Assembly (NCBI RefSeq): GCF_006345805.1
Contig: NC_043008.1
Coordinates: forward strand, 55,242,001 to 55,306,000
Direction: 5' to 3'
From: Octopus sinensis
Taxonomy: Eukaryota
Length of the DNA: 64,000 nt
Positions 51,411-63,402 of the stretch are shown here, piece by piece; the first letter of the stretch is position 1, and each line of letters opens with the position of its first letter. The notes under the pieces are model-generated. The model had not been told where the DNA came from, did no database searches, and worked only from the letters and a program-made list of their open reading frames with translations. The translations under genes and the position numbers were made by a program.

Positions 51411-52945
51411 GTTCATATTCTTTTTTATTCCCTTCATCTATATCATGTCACAGCTCCATCCCATAGCTTAGAGATGTAGTACCTTCCTCAATACATGTGT
51501 TGTTCCAAGTATTGCTGCCAGCTGTGTACTTCCTATAATGTTTGGTATTCACAGCTTTTCATGCCAGAATATTGCTTTCTTTGAGATGGTCCCAAATACA
51601 TTGATCGCGATAGGAGAGTGGTAATGTATTAAAAATAAACAACAAGGGTGACTGGGAGTCTCCTTGAAAGATTCCCTTCATGATGACTGGGATTCTCCTT
51701 GAAGATTCCCTTCCACCTACTGTCAAAACCGTCTTCTAGTTCCTCATACTATTTTTGAATAGGTATATCGTATCTTTAGCTGCCTCAACCATCTCCAGAC
51801 ATTTTAGAATCTATGAGTGATGACCATATTGTATGCCTTCTTATAGTCAATCCAAACCATTGATAAGCTTATCAACCTTCTCCAATAGTTCCTCAAAATT
51901 GCCTGATTCTTTGTTCTTCATGATCCCTTCCTGCAGTCTCCCTGTTTATTTGCTAGCAGTTCATTTCTTTCAAGGTGATCATACAATTTTTCCCTATAAT
52001 TTCAGTTAAAAGCTTCCACATCATAGGTAAACAAGCAATCAGACAATAGTTACTGGTCACAACACCCTTGGCTAGATCCTTTTGGATCAACACTGATCTT
52101 CCTTTGATCATCTATTCTAGTACAATTCCTTGGTGTACACAGCCTTGTGGGAGCTTTTATAGCTTAGGAGGTAAATCCATCAATCCCCTGAACTAGGTTC
52201 AGGTCAGGCACCTTTTTACATTTTACCAACTCCTTGTATATCTTCCAGTGTGATAGTAATGTCCTTTTGTATGACTGCATTACTTAATTCTTCTTCCACT
52301 TCATGAAGCCAGGGTGCTCTGTTGCTGTGTTTGACATCCTCTGACCAGATGTTGCTGCAAAACGAAGTTTCTTCTGTGGATTTGGGTAACTCTGCCTCTT
52401 CCATCCAGAGTTTCATACAATAGTTTCTGATTCATTCTAAATAGTTCATTTTGTTTGAGCTGTAGGCCTCTTTCCTTGTATATCTTGATCTTAACTCCAC
52501 TTGCTTTGATCTTTTGTCTTATCATATCCAAGACAAAGTGCCATTGTCCACCACTTCGCATTTTGTATTCATGTAGTTCTGTTCACTTTCATTGAGCCTC
52601 GTATTTCCTTCCTTTACAGCTCAACCTTACATAAATCCTTTCATTATGTATCTATACTTCCTTCTTTTCTACTTTTCCAGAACAGATCTTTGCGTCTCCC
52701 TTCTCCTTCTTTCTAAACATTCCTATCATCTCTTTGATGACATAAGCAGTGGCATACACCAAAGAATTTAACTCTGTGATGTCTTTCATTGGAATTCTCA
52801 TGACAATTGCAATCACTTTTCTGAGTTCTAATCTTAGCTTTGCTGTATTACATGACTTCAATGATAGTGGTCTTCCGTTCCTCAAAGAACATCACTTCCA
52901 GGATTCTCTGGCACCCATGCCAACCTTCTTTCATTGGACACTAAT
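51411..52945 (-). mobile_element. Decayed, internally deleted R4/Dong-type non-LTR retrotransposon (N-terminal region, RT start, RLE C-terminus)
   Basis: Remnants IRQKIKASGVKIKIYKERGLQLKQNELFRMNQKLLY, FCSNIWS...NRAPWL, RT segment, and FGTISK...TQLAAILGTTHVLRKVL. Confidence 0.85.
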
Positions 52946-53465
52946 CGCTGCTTGCGAAGACCTGTTGGGGCAAGTGAAATCGAAATTGGACCAAATTTGA
53001 TGACTGGCACCCATGCCAATGGAGTGCTAACAGCTCCATTCGAGTGGGATCACTGCCAGAGCAGCTGTCTGGCTTCCATGCCAGTAGCATGTAAAATGCA
53101 CCATTTGAGCGTAATCGTTACCAGCGTCGCGTTACTGGTACTTGTACTGGTGGCACGTGAACAAAACATTTGAGCAAGGTCGTTGCCAGTGCCACTGGAC
53201 TGAATCCTGTGCAGGTGGCACATAAAAAACACCATTTGAGCATGGCCATTGTCAGTACTGCCTGACTGGCCCTTGTGCCGGTGGCACTTTAAAAGCACCT
53301 ACTACACTCTCAAAGTGGTTGGCATTAGGAAGGACATCCAGCTGTAGAACCTCTGCCAGATCAGATTGGAGCCTGGTGAAACCATCTGGTTCATCAGTCC
53401 TCTGTCAAATCGTCCAACCCATGCTAGCATGGAAAGCAGACATTAAATGATGATGATGATGATAA
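52930..53465 (+). mobile_element. SINE-like family D with four ~65-bp internal repeats and (GAT)n tail
   Basis: Repeated caccatttgagc...gtggcac..aaaa units; ends gacattaaatgatgatgatgat. Confidence 0.85.
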
Positions 53466-53589
53466 GAGTAACTAGTTCTAAGCTAATTTCTTCTACTAAC
53501 TCTAGTCTAAGGCCTTCTATAGATGATATTTCCTCCCACCATGTCCAAGCTCTGTAGAGTCTCTTGTGTTTCCATTTTGGTACTGATCT

Positions 53590-54191
53590 TAAGGCGGCGA
53601 GCTGGCAGAAACGTTAGCACGCCAGGCAAAATCCTTAGTGGTATTTCGTCTGCCACTACATTCTGAGTTCAAATTCCGCCGCGGTCGACTTTGCCTTTCA
53701 TCCTTTCGGGGTCAATTAAATAAGTACCAGTGACACACTGGGATCGATATAATCGACTTAATCCATTTGTCTGTCCTTGGTTGTCCTCTCTGTGTTTAGC
53801 CCCTTGTGAGTAGTAAAGAAATAGGTATTTCATCTGCCTTTACATTCTGAGTTCAAATTCCGCCGAGGTCGACTTTGCCTTTCATCCTTTCGGGGTCAAT
53901 TAAATAAGTACCAGTTACGCACTGGGATCGATATAATCGACTTAATCTGTTTGTCTGTCCTTGTTTGTCCTATCTGTGTTTAGCCCCTTGTGGGTAGTAA
54001 AGAAATAGGTATTTCGTCTGCCTTTACATTCTGAGTTCAAATTCCGCTGAGGTCGGCTTTGCCTTTCATCCTTTCGGGGTCGATTAAATAAGTACCAGTT
54101 ACGCACTGGGGTCGATATAATCGACTTAATCCGTTTGTCTGTCCTTGTTTGTCCCCTCTGTGTTTAGCCCCTTGTGGGTAGTAAAGAAATA
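53590..54191 (+). mobile_element. SINE family B trimer: one head plus three 184-bp units, single 11-bp TSD
   Basis: GGTA at 53640, 53824, 54008 and 54192; GGTACTGATCT at 53579-53589 and 54192-54202. Confidence 0.92.
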
Positions 54192-54623
54192 GGTACTGAT
54201 CTATCAATACTACCTGGGCTAATGCTTCCATATGCACTACATTAGCTGCATGTTGAAAACATTTGTTTCCTCTTCCTCAATGTCAGAAAGTTACTTGCTT
54301 GTCATTGTAGATAGATTTTGCCTGTTTTCTTCCCCGCTCTCTCTCTTCTATCTAGAAACTTGTATAGAACAATAAGTATACTTCTATTTTGTTTTCTCTG
54401 CCCCCCTCCCCATTAATGTCGGAAACTTGTTTGCCCTGGATGTTGTTTAACATTTCTTATGTTAAAAGCTGTTATTTTGTAGTTGTATGTCAGCTCTGGT
54501 GCTGGTTTATTGTTACTACTTGGACTGATGTTTCCATACCCAGGTTTAAAACATTTGCTTCCTCTTCTTCATCAACATCAGAATGTTACTCGCATGTCAT
54601 TGCAGATAGATTTGTTTTCTTTC

Positions 54624-54691
<68 letters not shown>

Positions 54692-55012
54692 TGTTAGAAT
54701 CTTGCTTGCACTCAGTGCACCCACCCATTCATTCACCCACCACCTATACTGGAAATCTTTTGGTTAAGGTGTCACATCTGGCAAGTGTCCTGTGGAACAG
54801 CTATACTGACTCAGTTGTAATCTGCAGACCCTTAACAGCACAGGAAATTATAATGGAGAATGACAAATTGTTGTTTCAGTATTATGTTACATGTGAGCCA
54901 GAGAACCAAGGCTATAGATAAAGGTTACTATAGCTCTGACAAAAATGTCATCGATATCATGAGCTGAAGGATATCAATGAACAAAGATTGGCGGATCAGA
55001 TGCTCTTTACTC

Positions 55013-55415
55013 TCTTTTACTTGTTTCAGTCATTTGACTGTGGTCACGCTGGAGCACAGCCTTTTAGTCGAGCAAATCGACCCCAGGACTTATTCTTTGG
55101 AAGCCTAGTACTTATTCTATTGGTCTCTTTTGCCGAACCGCTAAGTTACAGGGGCATAAGCACACCAGCATCAGTTGTCAAGTGATGTTGGAGGGACAAA
55201 CACAGATACACAAACATATACACACACATACATATATATATATATTTACATATATACGATGGGCTTCTTTCAGTTTCCATCTACTAAATCCACTCACAAG
55301 GCTTTGGTCGGCCTGAGGCTATAGTAGAAGACACTTGCCCAAGTTACCACGCAGTGGGAATGAACCTGGAACCATGTGGTTGGTAAGCAAGCTACTTACC
55401 ACACAGCCACTCCTG
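55013..55415 (-). mobile_element. SINE family A, full length
   Basis: Reverse complement of the family A consensus. Confidence 0.9.
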
Positions 55416-56505
55416 TGCTTAGATGAGATGAATTAAGATCAAAAAGTGGAAATAAATTACTCAACTTGTACCAAAATTTAAAATCCTTATTATTATTATT
55501 ATTAAGGCTGCCAGCTGAGAGAATTGTTAGCATGCAAGGCAAAATGCTTGGTATTTCCTTCATCTTTACCCCTTTCACCATAGCCATCAGACAAGACAGT
55601 AGAGCAGTCTTCACAGTTAACTTTGTTGACAGCCAGATCCATCTTACACCTACATGCAATAACAGCTATTTGACAAAATCACAAGTTAGCAATGCTCAGA
55701 CTCTAAAAGTGTGTGTGCAAAAACGTTTCATCACACTGCTTCCATCTGGGACAAGCTTGGCTAATGCCAATTCTGTACTTGCAGAATTTATTTTAAGACA
55801 ACACTGGCCAGGAATTTCTGGAAGTTTTCCATATTCCATGGACCAAAAGTTGTCCAGAACACATTATCTTGTTCATTCATATTGTCAGCAAGAAGTTTCC
55901 CGAGAATGTTGTCACTTTTTCCCCACCACTAAATATTTTTTATTGAATGCGTATGTGGAAATTCCTCTGACTGCATTTTGTGACTGTTATAGGGCTGGTA
56001 GAGTCTGACAATGTTCCAAAAACCAAACCGTTTTAGTCTTCACCTTAAAAAAGGACTACAGTTCTGTTTTAACAGAACTTGCAGTTCTTGGTTACAGCCA
56101 ATTTGTGGATGAGACCAGCTTTGCTGCTCATAACCTCATCCCAATTTGTATCCAACTAAAGATTTTAAACAAACTCCACAAGTAATTCAATGGCTCATCA
56201 ACTCAGTGCCCTAACAAAATGGGCCAATAACATGGACTTGCATCTCCAGGTGCCATGTTACAAGCCAACCAATTTGTTCAAATTAATCTTAGATATTGCT
56301 TTAGAATGGTCCCAGCCATTTCAATTTCTGTACTGTCAGGTACTATTAAGGTAGCACTATTTGCTTATGTCTACACAGCTCTCCTGCATTCTAGTTCAAA
56401 TGGGATATCCCTTAAAACCACCAGGTATGCAGTAGTGGCCATGAATCATTACATCCAGAAGAGTTAAGAGAGGTTACCCATGACACTGAGCATGTGGAAT
56501 CTTAT

Positions 56506-56546
56506 CTTTGCTGATGAGACCTCAGTGGACTGAAACATGTCCTGAG
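56506..56546 (+). ncRNA. Minimal type-I hammerhead ribozyme-like motif
   Basis: CTTTG / CTGATGA / GACC-TCAGT-GGAC(T) / GAAA-CATG-TC / CTGAG. Confidence 0.6.
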
Positions 56547-57029
56547 TCATCTATATTGAGTGAAATTCTACCTTAACCTTTGACCAAAATTTGTGCTTAC
56601 CATTTGCTAAATTTTTAAACTATAATTATTGTTAGGGTCCGTATGCTAGCTAAACCAATTAAGCTCTTGCCTTACAGGATTTAGTGTCATGCTTCTATAT
56701 TCATTTGCTTGTTTCACATCTATTTTTGCATGTTTGCATATTACTGAGGCACTGTTTTCCTGCTAGATCCTCTTCCTGTCAAAAATCCTTACCTGTTTTG
56801 CAAGTACAATATCTTTCTTTGCACATCTTTAAAAGTGCAGTGCTATAGCATGATTTATTGAAAAAGAATGCCACAAACTTCACAGTCAGTCACTCAATTT
56901 TGTTAATGTTCACATTCTGTGAAGCGCAGGATATTTATATTCAGTCAGACATGAGCATGCACAGACATCAGGTAGCTTATACGGTTTCTGTCTTTGGAAC
57001 TCACTCATAAAACCCTGGTTGGTCTGAAT

Positions 57030-57375
57030 TACTTAATTCCTTTGCACTCTATGGAGCATAGACTATCAGCAACATTTCTACACTGTTCTACCTCTAAGCT
57101 AACTGTACTTTCTGTTCTCCTGAGAGAAAGCCTTCTTCTCCCAGGTTCTTGTTGGATTTGAATTGTTATTGACGCTCCCATAACCTGGCATTTTTCTAAG
57201 AAAGGGTGTTGGCACACCCATATTTTACTTGTGGAAAGGGGTGGCCCACATTAGTTTGGCCTCTATCTTTTGACCTGTCCAGTATGGAAGAACCAACCAG
57301 GAGCTTGTGCATTGCTGGCATAGCTCTCAGGGTCAATGAGGCCCAACAGCCACTACATCACAACAAGAACTAGAC
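57030..57375. mobile_element. RTE-clade LINE fragments: 3' end on minus (57030-57160), 5'-UTR-like piece on plus (57260-57375)
   Basis: Minus ..EQCRNVADSLCSIECKGIK* with TAAGTAA tail; plus ttgacctgtccagtatgg..gcatagctctcagggtca. Confidence 0.45.
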
Positions 57376-57553
57376 ATAGTGGTGAATCTGGGGCTACATT
57401 AAAAGACACTTGCACAAGGTGTAACATTTAAAACATTGGTAATTCCTTTATTTTGTTTAAAAAATCTTCTGTTTTTTTTACCTTGACCAAAAGCGAAGTA
57501 ATATGTGAATAAATAATAGTTCAAAGGTTTCGTCTTCTTGCTGTTTTTCTTCT

Positions 57554-57922
57554 TTATTACCTCCGCCTTAGCGAAGGTGCAGGTATTGTTTTCGGTCTTT
57601 TTTGTTTGTTTGTCCGTGGACAAGATATCTCAAGAACCGCTTGATGGATTCAGATGAAACTTTCAGGGATGTTTGGCCTCATGACTGGCATGAACTGATT
57701 AGATTTTGAGATCTATCTGGTACCAGACAAGGATTCTGGATTATATTTTCTGTTTTTTTTTACTTCATTTTTTAGAGCAGTCAGGTTCGTTTTTAGTATC
57801 CTCATTTGTGAGAGCAGTTGAATTTATTTCAGATATTCTCATTTTAAAAATCATCTCTGGCTAATCATTGAGGACGTTGGTGTTGCTTTGGCAGAGGTTT
57901 GCACTCTCAGAGTGCTCTTGTT
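57554..57922 (+). mobile_element. Helentron-associated (HINE/DINE-1-like) non-autonomous element
   Basis: Subterminal IRs ACCTCCGCC / GGCAGAGGT, (TTTG)n near the 5' end, 3' hairpin GCACTC-TCA-GAGTGC followed by TCTTGTT. Confidence 0.7.
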
Positions 57923-58162
57923 GCTACTATTATTATTATTATTAAGGTGGTGAACTGGCAAAATCATTAGTACCACAGGTGAAATGCTTAGCAGTATTTC
58001 ACCTGTCTTCGTGTTCTGAGTTCAAATCCCACCAAGGTCGATTTAGCTTTTCATCCTTTCAAGGTTAATAAAATAAGTACCAGTAGAGCACTGGGATCAA
58101 TGTAATCAATTATCCCCCTCCCCCAAATTTCAGGTATTGTGCCTATAGTAAAAAGGATTATC

Positions 58163-58196
<34 letters not shown>

Positions 58197-58957
58197 AGGC
58201 ACTGAGCTAGTAGAATCGTTAGCACATCAGGTAAAATGCTTAGTGGCATTTTATCTATGCTTACATTCTGAGTTCAAATTCCGCCAAGAAACTGTTTTAC
58301 AATTCTTTTCTGCAACATTCTAATTACATATCTGTCGTACTAGAGCTGTGACTTCTCAATGCATAGAAGAAACAGCAGCTCGATCTGGAGAAAACTCCTT
58401 GCTCTCCAAGTTATGCACCCTGTCAAGCAACATTACTCCAGAGACCTGTAAAAGGAATCCCGTTTTGACCACTTCAATCATTACCTAATGCTTATGACCA
58501 TAAGTGAAGATAGGCAAATATGAAAATCAAGTAGATTACTTTCGCTAAATTCAGAGAGGCTTGTGTGATATATTGGATGGTGATCAATGGAATAAATATT
58601 ATATTACAAATAACTTGCTTGATTAAACCAATTCAATTACTTGAACTAAAAATATAGATACATTTCCAATACATTAGATGTGGGTCAGTTCTGTTGATTA
58701 TATTGAATTCTTTATCTCTGGTTCTCTCTACAGAACTAGACTTCTAGGTTGCCAAAAGAAATCATTATTTTATTAGGAAAGTGGTAAATGAGCAGAAAGG
58801 CAGCTGATTGGCAGCATTTTAAAGTGTTGGTAAAAAAAAAAAATGCCTTGTAGCATCTGTTCTGGTTCTTTATGTTCTGAGTTCAAATCCCATTGAGATT
58901 AACTTTGCTTTTCATTCTTCTGGTCCAAAATGTCTAGTGCCTAAACCAGAAAATAAC

Positions 58958-59526
58958 TATTGGGTTTTCCGGAAAGTTTGTGCCGATTTATGGTAGCTTA
59001 CCTTTTGACTTATTTTAGAACATGGTTGAGTCCATAAAATAGGATTTCACTACACCTCCATTTAGAGCACAGTTTAAGCTATCTTTTCGGGGAAGAAGAT
59101 TTATGTTCCTATAACCTCTGTTAATTCTGTAACCCTTTAAAATGGAAGATAAGAAAGTTCCTTTTCGGCACTTGATACTTTGGGAACCAGACAAAAATTG
59201 CTGCAGCTCGGCTGGGATGTGTTACCCCACCCTCCATATTCACCAGATATTGCTCCTTCGGATTCCCACTTATTCAGGTCTCTGCAGAATAGTCTCAATG
59301 GTAAAAATTTCAATTCCTTGGATGACGTAAAAAGATACCTTGATGAATTCTTTGCCATGAAACCACCCCAATTCTGGGAAGAGGGTTTTTCAAGTTAAAG
59401 GAAAGATGGAGACACATTGTGCAACAAAAGGGTTCATATTTGGTTGATTAAAAATGTAATGGCAAGTATTTATTGACCTTTTTCTTTCCTTTAAAATTTG
59501 GCACAGACTTTTTAGACAACCCAGTA
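58958..59526 (+). mobile_element. Internally deleted mariner (569 bp), mellifera-subfamily-like
   Basis: TIRs TATTGGGTTTTCCGGAAAGTTTGTGCCGATTT / AAATTTGGCACAGACTTTTTAGACAACCCAGTA; MEDKKVPFRHLIL fused to TRQKLLQLGWDVLPHPPYSPDIAPSDSHLFRSLQNSLNGKNF. Confidence 0.95.
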
Positions 59527-60364
59527 TTTCATTGGGATCATGACAGATTGGCAAATTCATTAATCCTTTAGCATTTAATCCAGTCATATCTGGTTCAAAT
59601 ATTCTTCCTGTTTTTTGTTCAAACTGTCAACATTTGGCCTCTTACACCTACCCTACAATGTCATTCAAAAAATATACTATCACATCATTGCAATATCAAA
59701 ACTATGAGATAAAGCATGATGAATTCAAAACAATTGTGAATAAAGAAGCATTACATTTGACAGAGTAATCTGAATGCTAAACGGTCAAAGTGTCGGAAAA
59801 AAGATGCCATGTAGCATGTGTTCTGGTTCTTCACTGTTTGAATTCAAATCCTACCAAAATCAAATTTACCTTTCATCCTTCCAGGGTCAATAGATTACTA
59901 CTGAAGTAATGGGTTTCATTGTTAAGGCAGTAAGCTGGTGGAATCATTGGCACACCAGGCAAAAATGCTTCGCGGCATTTTGTCTGCCATTACATTCTGA
60001 GTTTAAAATACGCCAAGGTTCATCTTGCCTTTCATTCTTTTGGGGTCGATGAAATAAGTACCAGAGGAACACTGGGATCAATGTAATCAACTGGCCCCTT
60101 CCCCAAAAATCTCAGGCCTTTTACCTATTACAGAAAGGGTTATTATTATTTACACTGTTGCTGCTTTGTATTATATGATCCATTCCATGTCTCACCCAGA
60201 GACCTCATGTAATGGCAAGCTGGATGCTTCACTGTAGATGTTATTTATGGTTGGCACGAATATATTATAAGGACAGGAGATCAAATTCTGAGGACCATGA
60301 TTCTGTTAAATTTGTAATAGTTTAAATCTGAAATATTTTTAAAAGACTCTGGTATTCTCAGACT

Positions 60365-60504
60365 ATGTTTTCCTTAGGATGTCGACAGTATCCACGAGAA
60401 CAACTTTTTGTAGTTCTGATACTTTTGGGTTTCCATAGTGTTTAAGAGTGCCATTTGGCATTACCCCCAAGGCTCTGATGATCACAGGTACAGTTGTCTC
60501 TTCA

Positions 60505-60505
<1 letters not shown>
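60365..60505 (-). mobile_element. R4/Dong-type RLE C-terminal fragment
   Basis: TTVPVIIRALG...VSELQKVVLVDTVDILRKT*. Confidence 0.7.
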
Positions 60506-60538
<33 letters not shown>

Positions 60539-60780
60539 GGTGAGTAGAGTCGTTAACATGTTGGGTAAAATACTTAACAGCATTTTGTCTGTCTTTACAT
60601 TTTGAGTACAAATTCTACTGGGCTCAACTTTGCCTTTGATCCTTTCAGGGTACATAGAATAAGTACCAGTTGAACACTGGGGTCAATGTAATTGACTTAT
60701 CCATTCCTACAAAATTACTGGCTTTGTACCAAAATTTGAAATCAATTTTGTTATCATTATTATTATGATTATTATTATTA

Positions 60781-61328
60781 TTGAGTGAGAGAGCAGTGCT
60801 TGCCATCAAAGTGACACTGGGGTAAAATATACGAAGCCCAGTATACCCATCATGACTACCCGTCTGATAAGGGTACACTAGGCACATGCATCACAACCAT
60901 ATGTGCGTGACATGGTATTCTCATTTCAAGACAAACAGCTCATGACCTTGCAGGTAGGGCCCAGTTAGAATTTTATTCTGGTCGAGTAACCCATCCTGCT
61001 CAAAAAGTCCCTGAATAAAGATTGTTTAAGGATGTTGAATGAAACACCTATGTTTCCAAAGGTGAATTATTCAAACCCCAAAGAATTCCTCTCAACACAT
61101 GGCTAAGATGCTCCCCCACTACTTCTGCTCGTGATCAAAGATGCACATATCGTCAGCCACTAAGGGACATGGTCAACTGGTTAAGGTCAAGCAAATCTGT
61201 GGTATTGAGCAGAATATTTGCTGTAGCCCATCTTTTATACCAAGACAAAACAATGTACATGATAACACTTCCAATCAGTTAAGCTCAAAAGCCATGAGAG
61301 CCACTGCCTGGTACTGCATCAGGGCATT
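60781..61328 (+). repeat. Interspersed repeat E, longest copy, (ATT)n-flanked
   Basis: Collinear with 16921-17386 and 6381-6671. Confidence 0.85.
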
Positions 61329-62689
61329 TATTATTATTATTATTATTATATTATTATTATTATTATTATTATGGTTAGCAGTAGTAGTAGTAGTTGTTGT
61401 TGTTGTTGTAGTAGTAGTAGTAGTATGATTTCAAATCCTGTTGTGGTCAATTTTGCCTTTCTTCCTTCCAGGGCAGAGGGTCAATAAAATAAATTACCAG
61501 TCAAATTACTACATTCAATGTAATTCTCTAGCCTTCTCACCACAAAATTTCAGGTTTTTTCCTATAGTAAAAAGGATTATTACAAGGGTGGTGGACTGGC
61601 AAAATCATTAGTTCATCAGACCAAATATTTTGTAGTATTTAATTATGATCCTTTAAATTCTGAGTTCAAACCTCACCAAGTTCAGTTTTGCCTTTCATCG
61701 TTCCTAAATCAATAAAATGAAGTAGCTGTCAATTACAGGGGCTGATATAATCAACTGTTCCCATCTCCCAAAATATTTGGCTTCCCTTGTAAACTATGAA
61801 ATAAACCATTATAGATAGATAAAGAAAGCCAGACAAACAGGAATATAGTAGTAGTAGTAGTAGGAGGAGGAGGAGGAGATGTATGAAGTTAGAAGGGTGG
61901 CAGAAACAATGGTTTTTAAATTAAATACTTCATAGTTTGTTTTTTTTAAATTCTATCCAACTACTTTCTGATATCAGATCCAGCTAGGATTAGGTTTTTC
62001 TGAAATCTCACAGGGCTCAATGAAACTAAATAGCAAGTAAGGTTTGTAGGTTGTTCTTCTAACTACACACCAGTCCCCACCTCTCTCTCTCTCTCTACGA
62101 ATCTGTGACCTTGTCCTAAATATAAGAAACCGTTATTCATTGGTGCTAAAAAGTTTTCCTTGTTGAAAAAAAATGTAAATGTTGCATTTTATAATTTCAT
62201 ATATTCAACATCGTTTTTAACATATATATACCACACAGACATACTGTCTCGTGGTCTCTTTCTTACTCTCTCTTTCTCCTCCCCCCCTCTTCTATCATAA
62301 TCACTTTCCTTTTCCCTCTCAAGTGAAAGTCTTTATTCATTGCAAACACTGATCCTATCTATACAAGACTATATTAATACACAAACACCAGCAAAAGCAA
62401 TGAAAAATTGTATCACTACTCAAATATTTCAATAAATTTTAGAAGCATTATATATGTACTTATACATATATATGTTCAGACTATGCATGTAATATTTACA
62501 TATAACTGTGTACATAAATATATATATACACACACACACACACACATACACTTTAAGTATTTCTGAATACATTCTTGTTCTCACACACACATTCCCAAAG
62601 ACTTACAGATGGGATGACGTGTGTGTGTGTGTGTGTATGTGCTTCATGTTCTTGCTTCATGGGGCTGGGGGTCAACCCAGGTTAGTGGT

Positions 62690-62905
62690 CCCAGAGGTGT
62701 CATCATGTGTAGAGCTGACCAGGTCCATCATTACTGGCAGTCCCAATGCCTGTCCTTCTGCATTTCTACATCCAGACCACATCTGCAGTTGGTCCCCAAG
62801 GTCAGCTCTCCATTGTTGGTGACTGTGGAGTCCGGGTAGATGAAGGAGCCGACAAACTCCTCGACAGTGGGGGCCAAGATAATGTTGAGCCTCTGGAAAT
62901 CCTTA
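62690..62905 (-). mobile_element. RTE-clade LINE RT thumb fragment
   Basis: VEEFVGSFIYPDSTVTNNGELTLGTNCRCGL resembles 'VExFxYLGSxITxxGDxxxEINxRxGLA'. Confidence 0.65.
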
Positions 62906-62984
62906 CTCACATCCAGCCATCTGGTGTAGCACCTGCTACAAGACCTCTTACAGCCCACATATTACATGCATATTCTGAACATAT

Positions 62985-63387
62985 ATAGGTGCAGGAGTGG
63001 CTGTGTGGTAAGTAGCTTGCTTACCAACCACATGGTTCCGGGTTCAGTCCCACTGCATGACACCTTGGGCAATTGTCTTCTACTATAGCCTCGGGCCGAC
63101 CAAAGCCTTATGAGTGGATTTGGTAGACAGAAACTGAAAGAAGCCCGTCGTATATATGTATATATATATATGTGTGTGTGTGTTTGTGTGTCTGTGTTTG
63201 TCCCCCTAGCATTGCTTGACAACTGATGCTGGTGTGTTTATGTCCCCGTTACTTAGCGGTTCGGCAAAAGAGACCGATAGAATAAGTACTGGGCTTACAA
63301 AAGAATAAGTCCCAGGGTCGAGTTGCTCGACTAAAGGCGGTGCTCCAGCATGGCCGCAGTCAAATGACTGAAACAAGTAAAAGAGTA
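62985..63387 (+). mobile_element. SINE family A, full length
   Basis: Complete head, body and tail. Confidence 0.92.
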
Positions 63388-63402
63388 ATATACATGTGTA
63401 AG

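Noticed and set aside
53000-54200. Regularly spaced repeats as a CRISPR-like array
   Set aside because: Units are whole tandem SINE segments without unique spacers; eukaryotic context with no cas genes.
55466-56008. 180-aa ORF, the longest in the track, as a gene
   Set aside because: Its first ~50 codons are microsatellite and SINE B; no domain or splice support.
62746-62988. 80-aa GC-rich plus ORF as a host exon
   Set aside because: The opposite strand matches an RTE reverse-transcriptase fragment.
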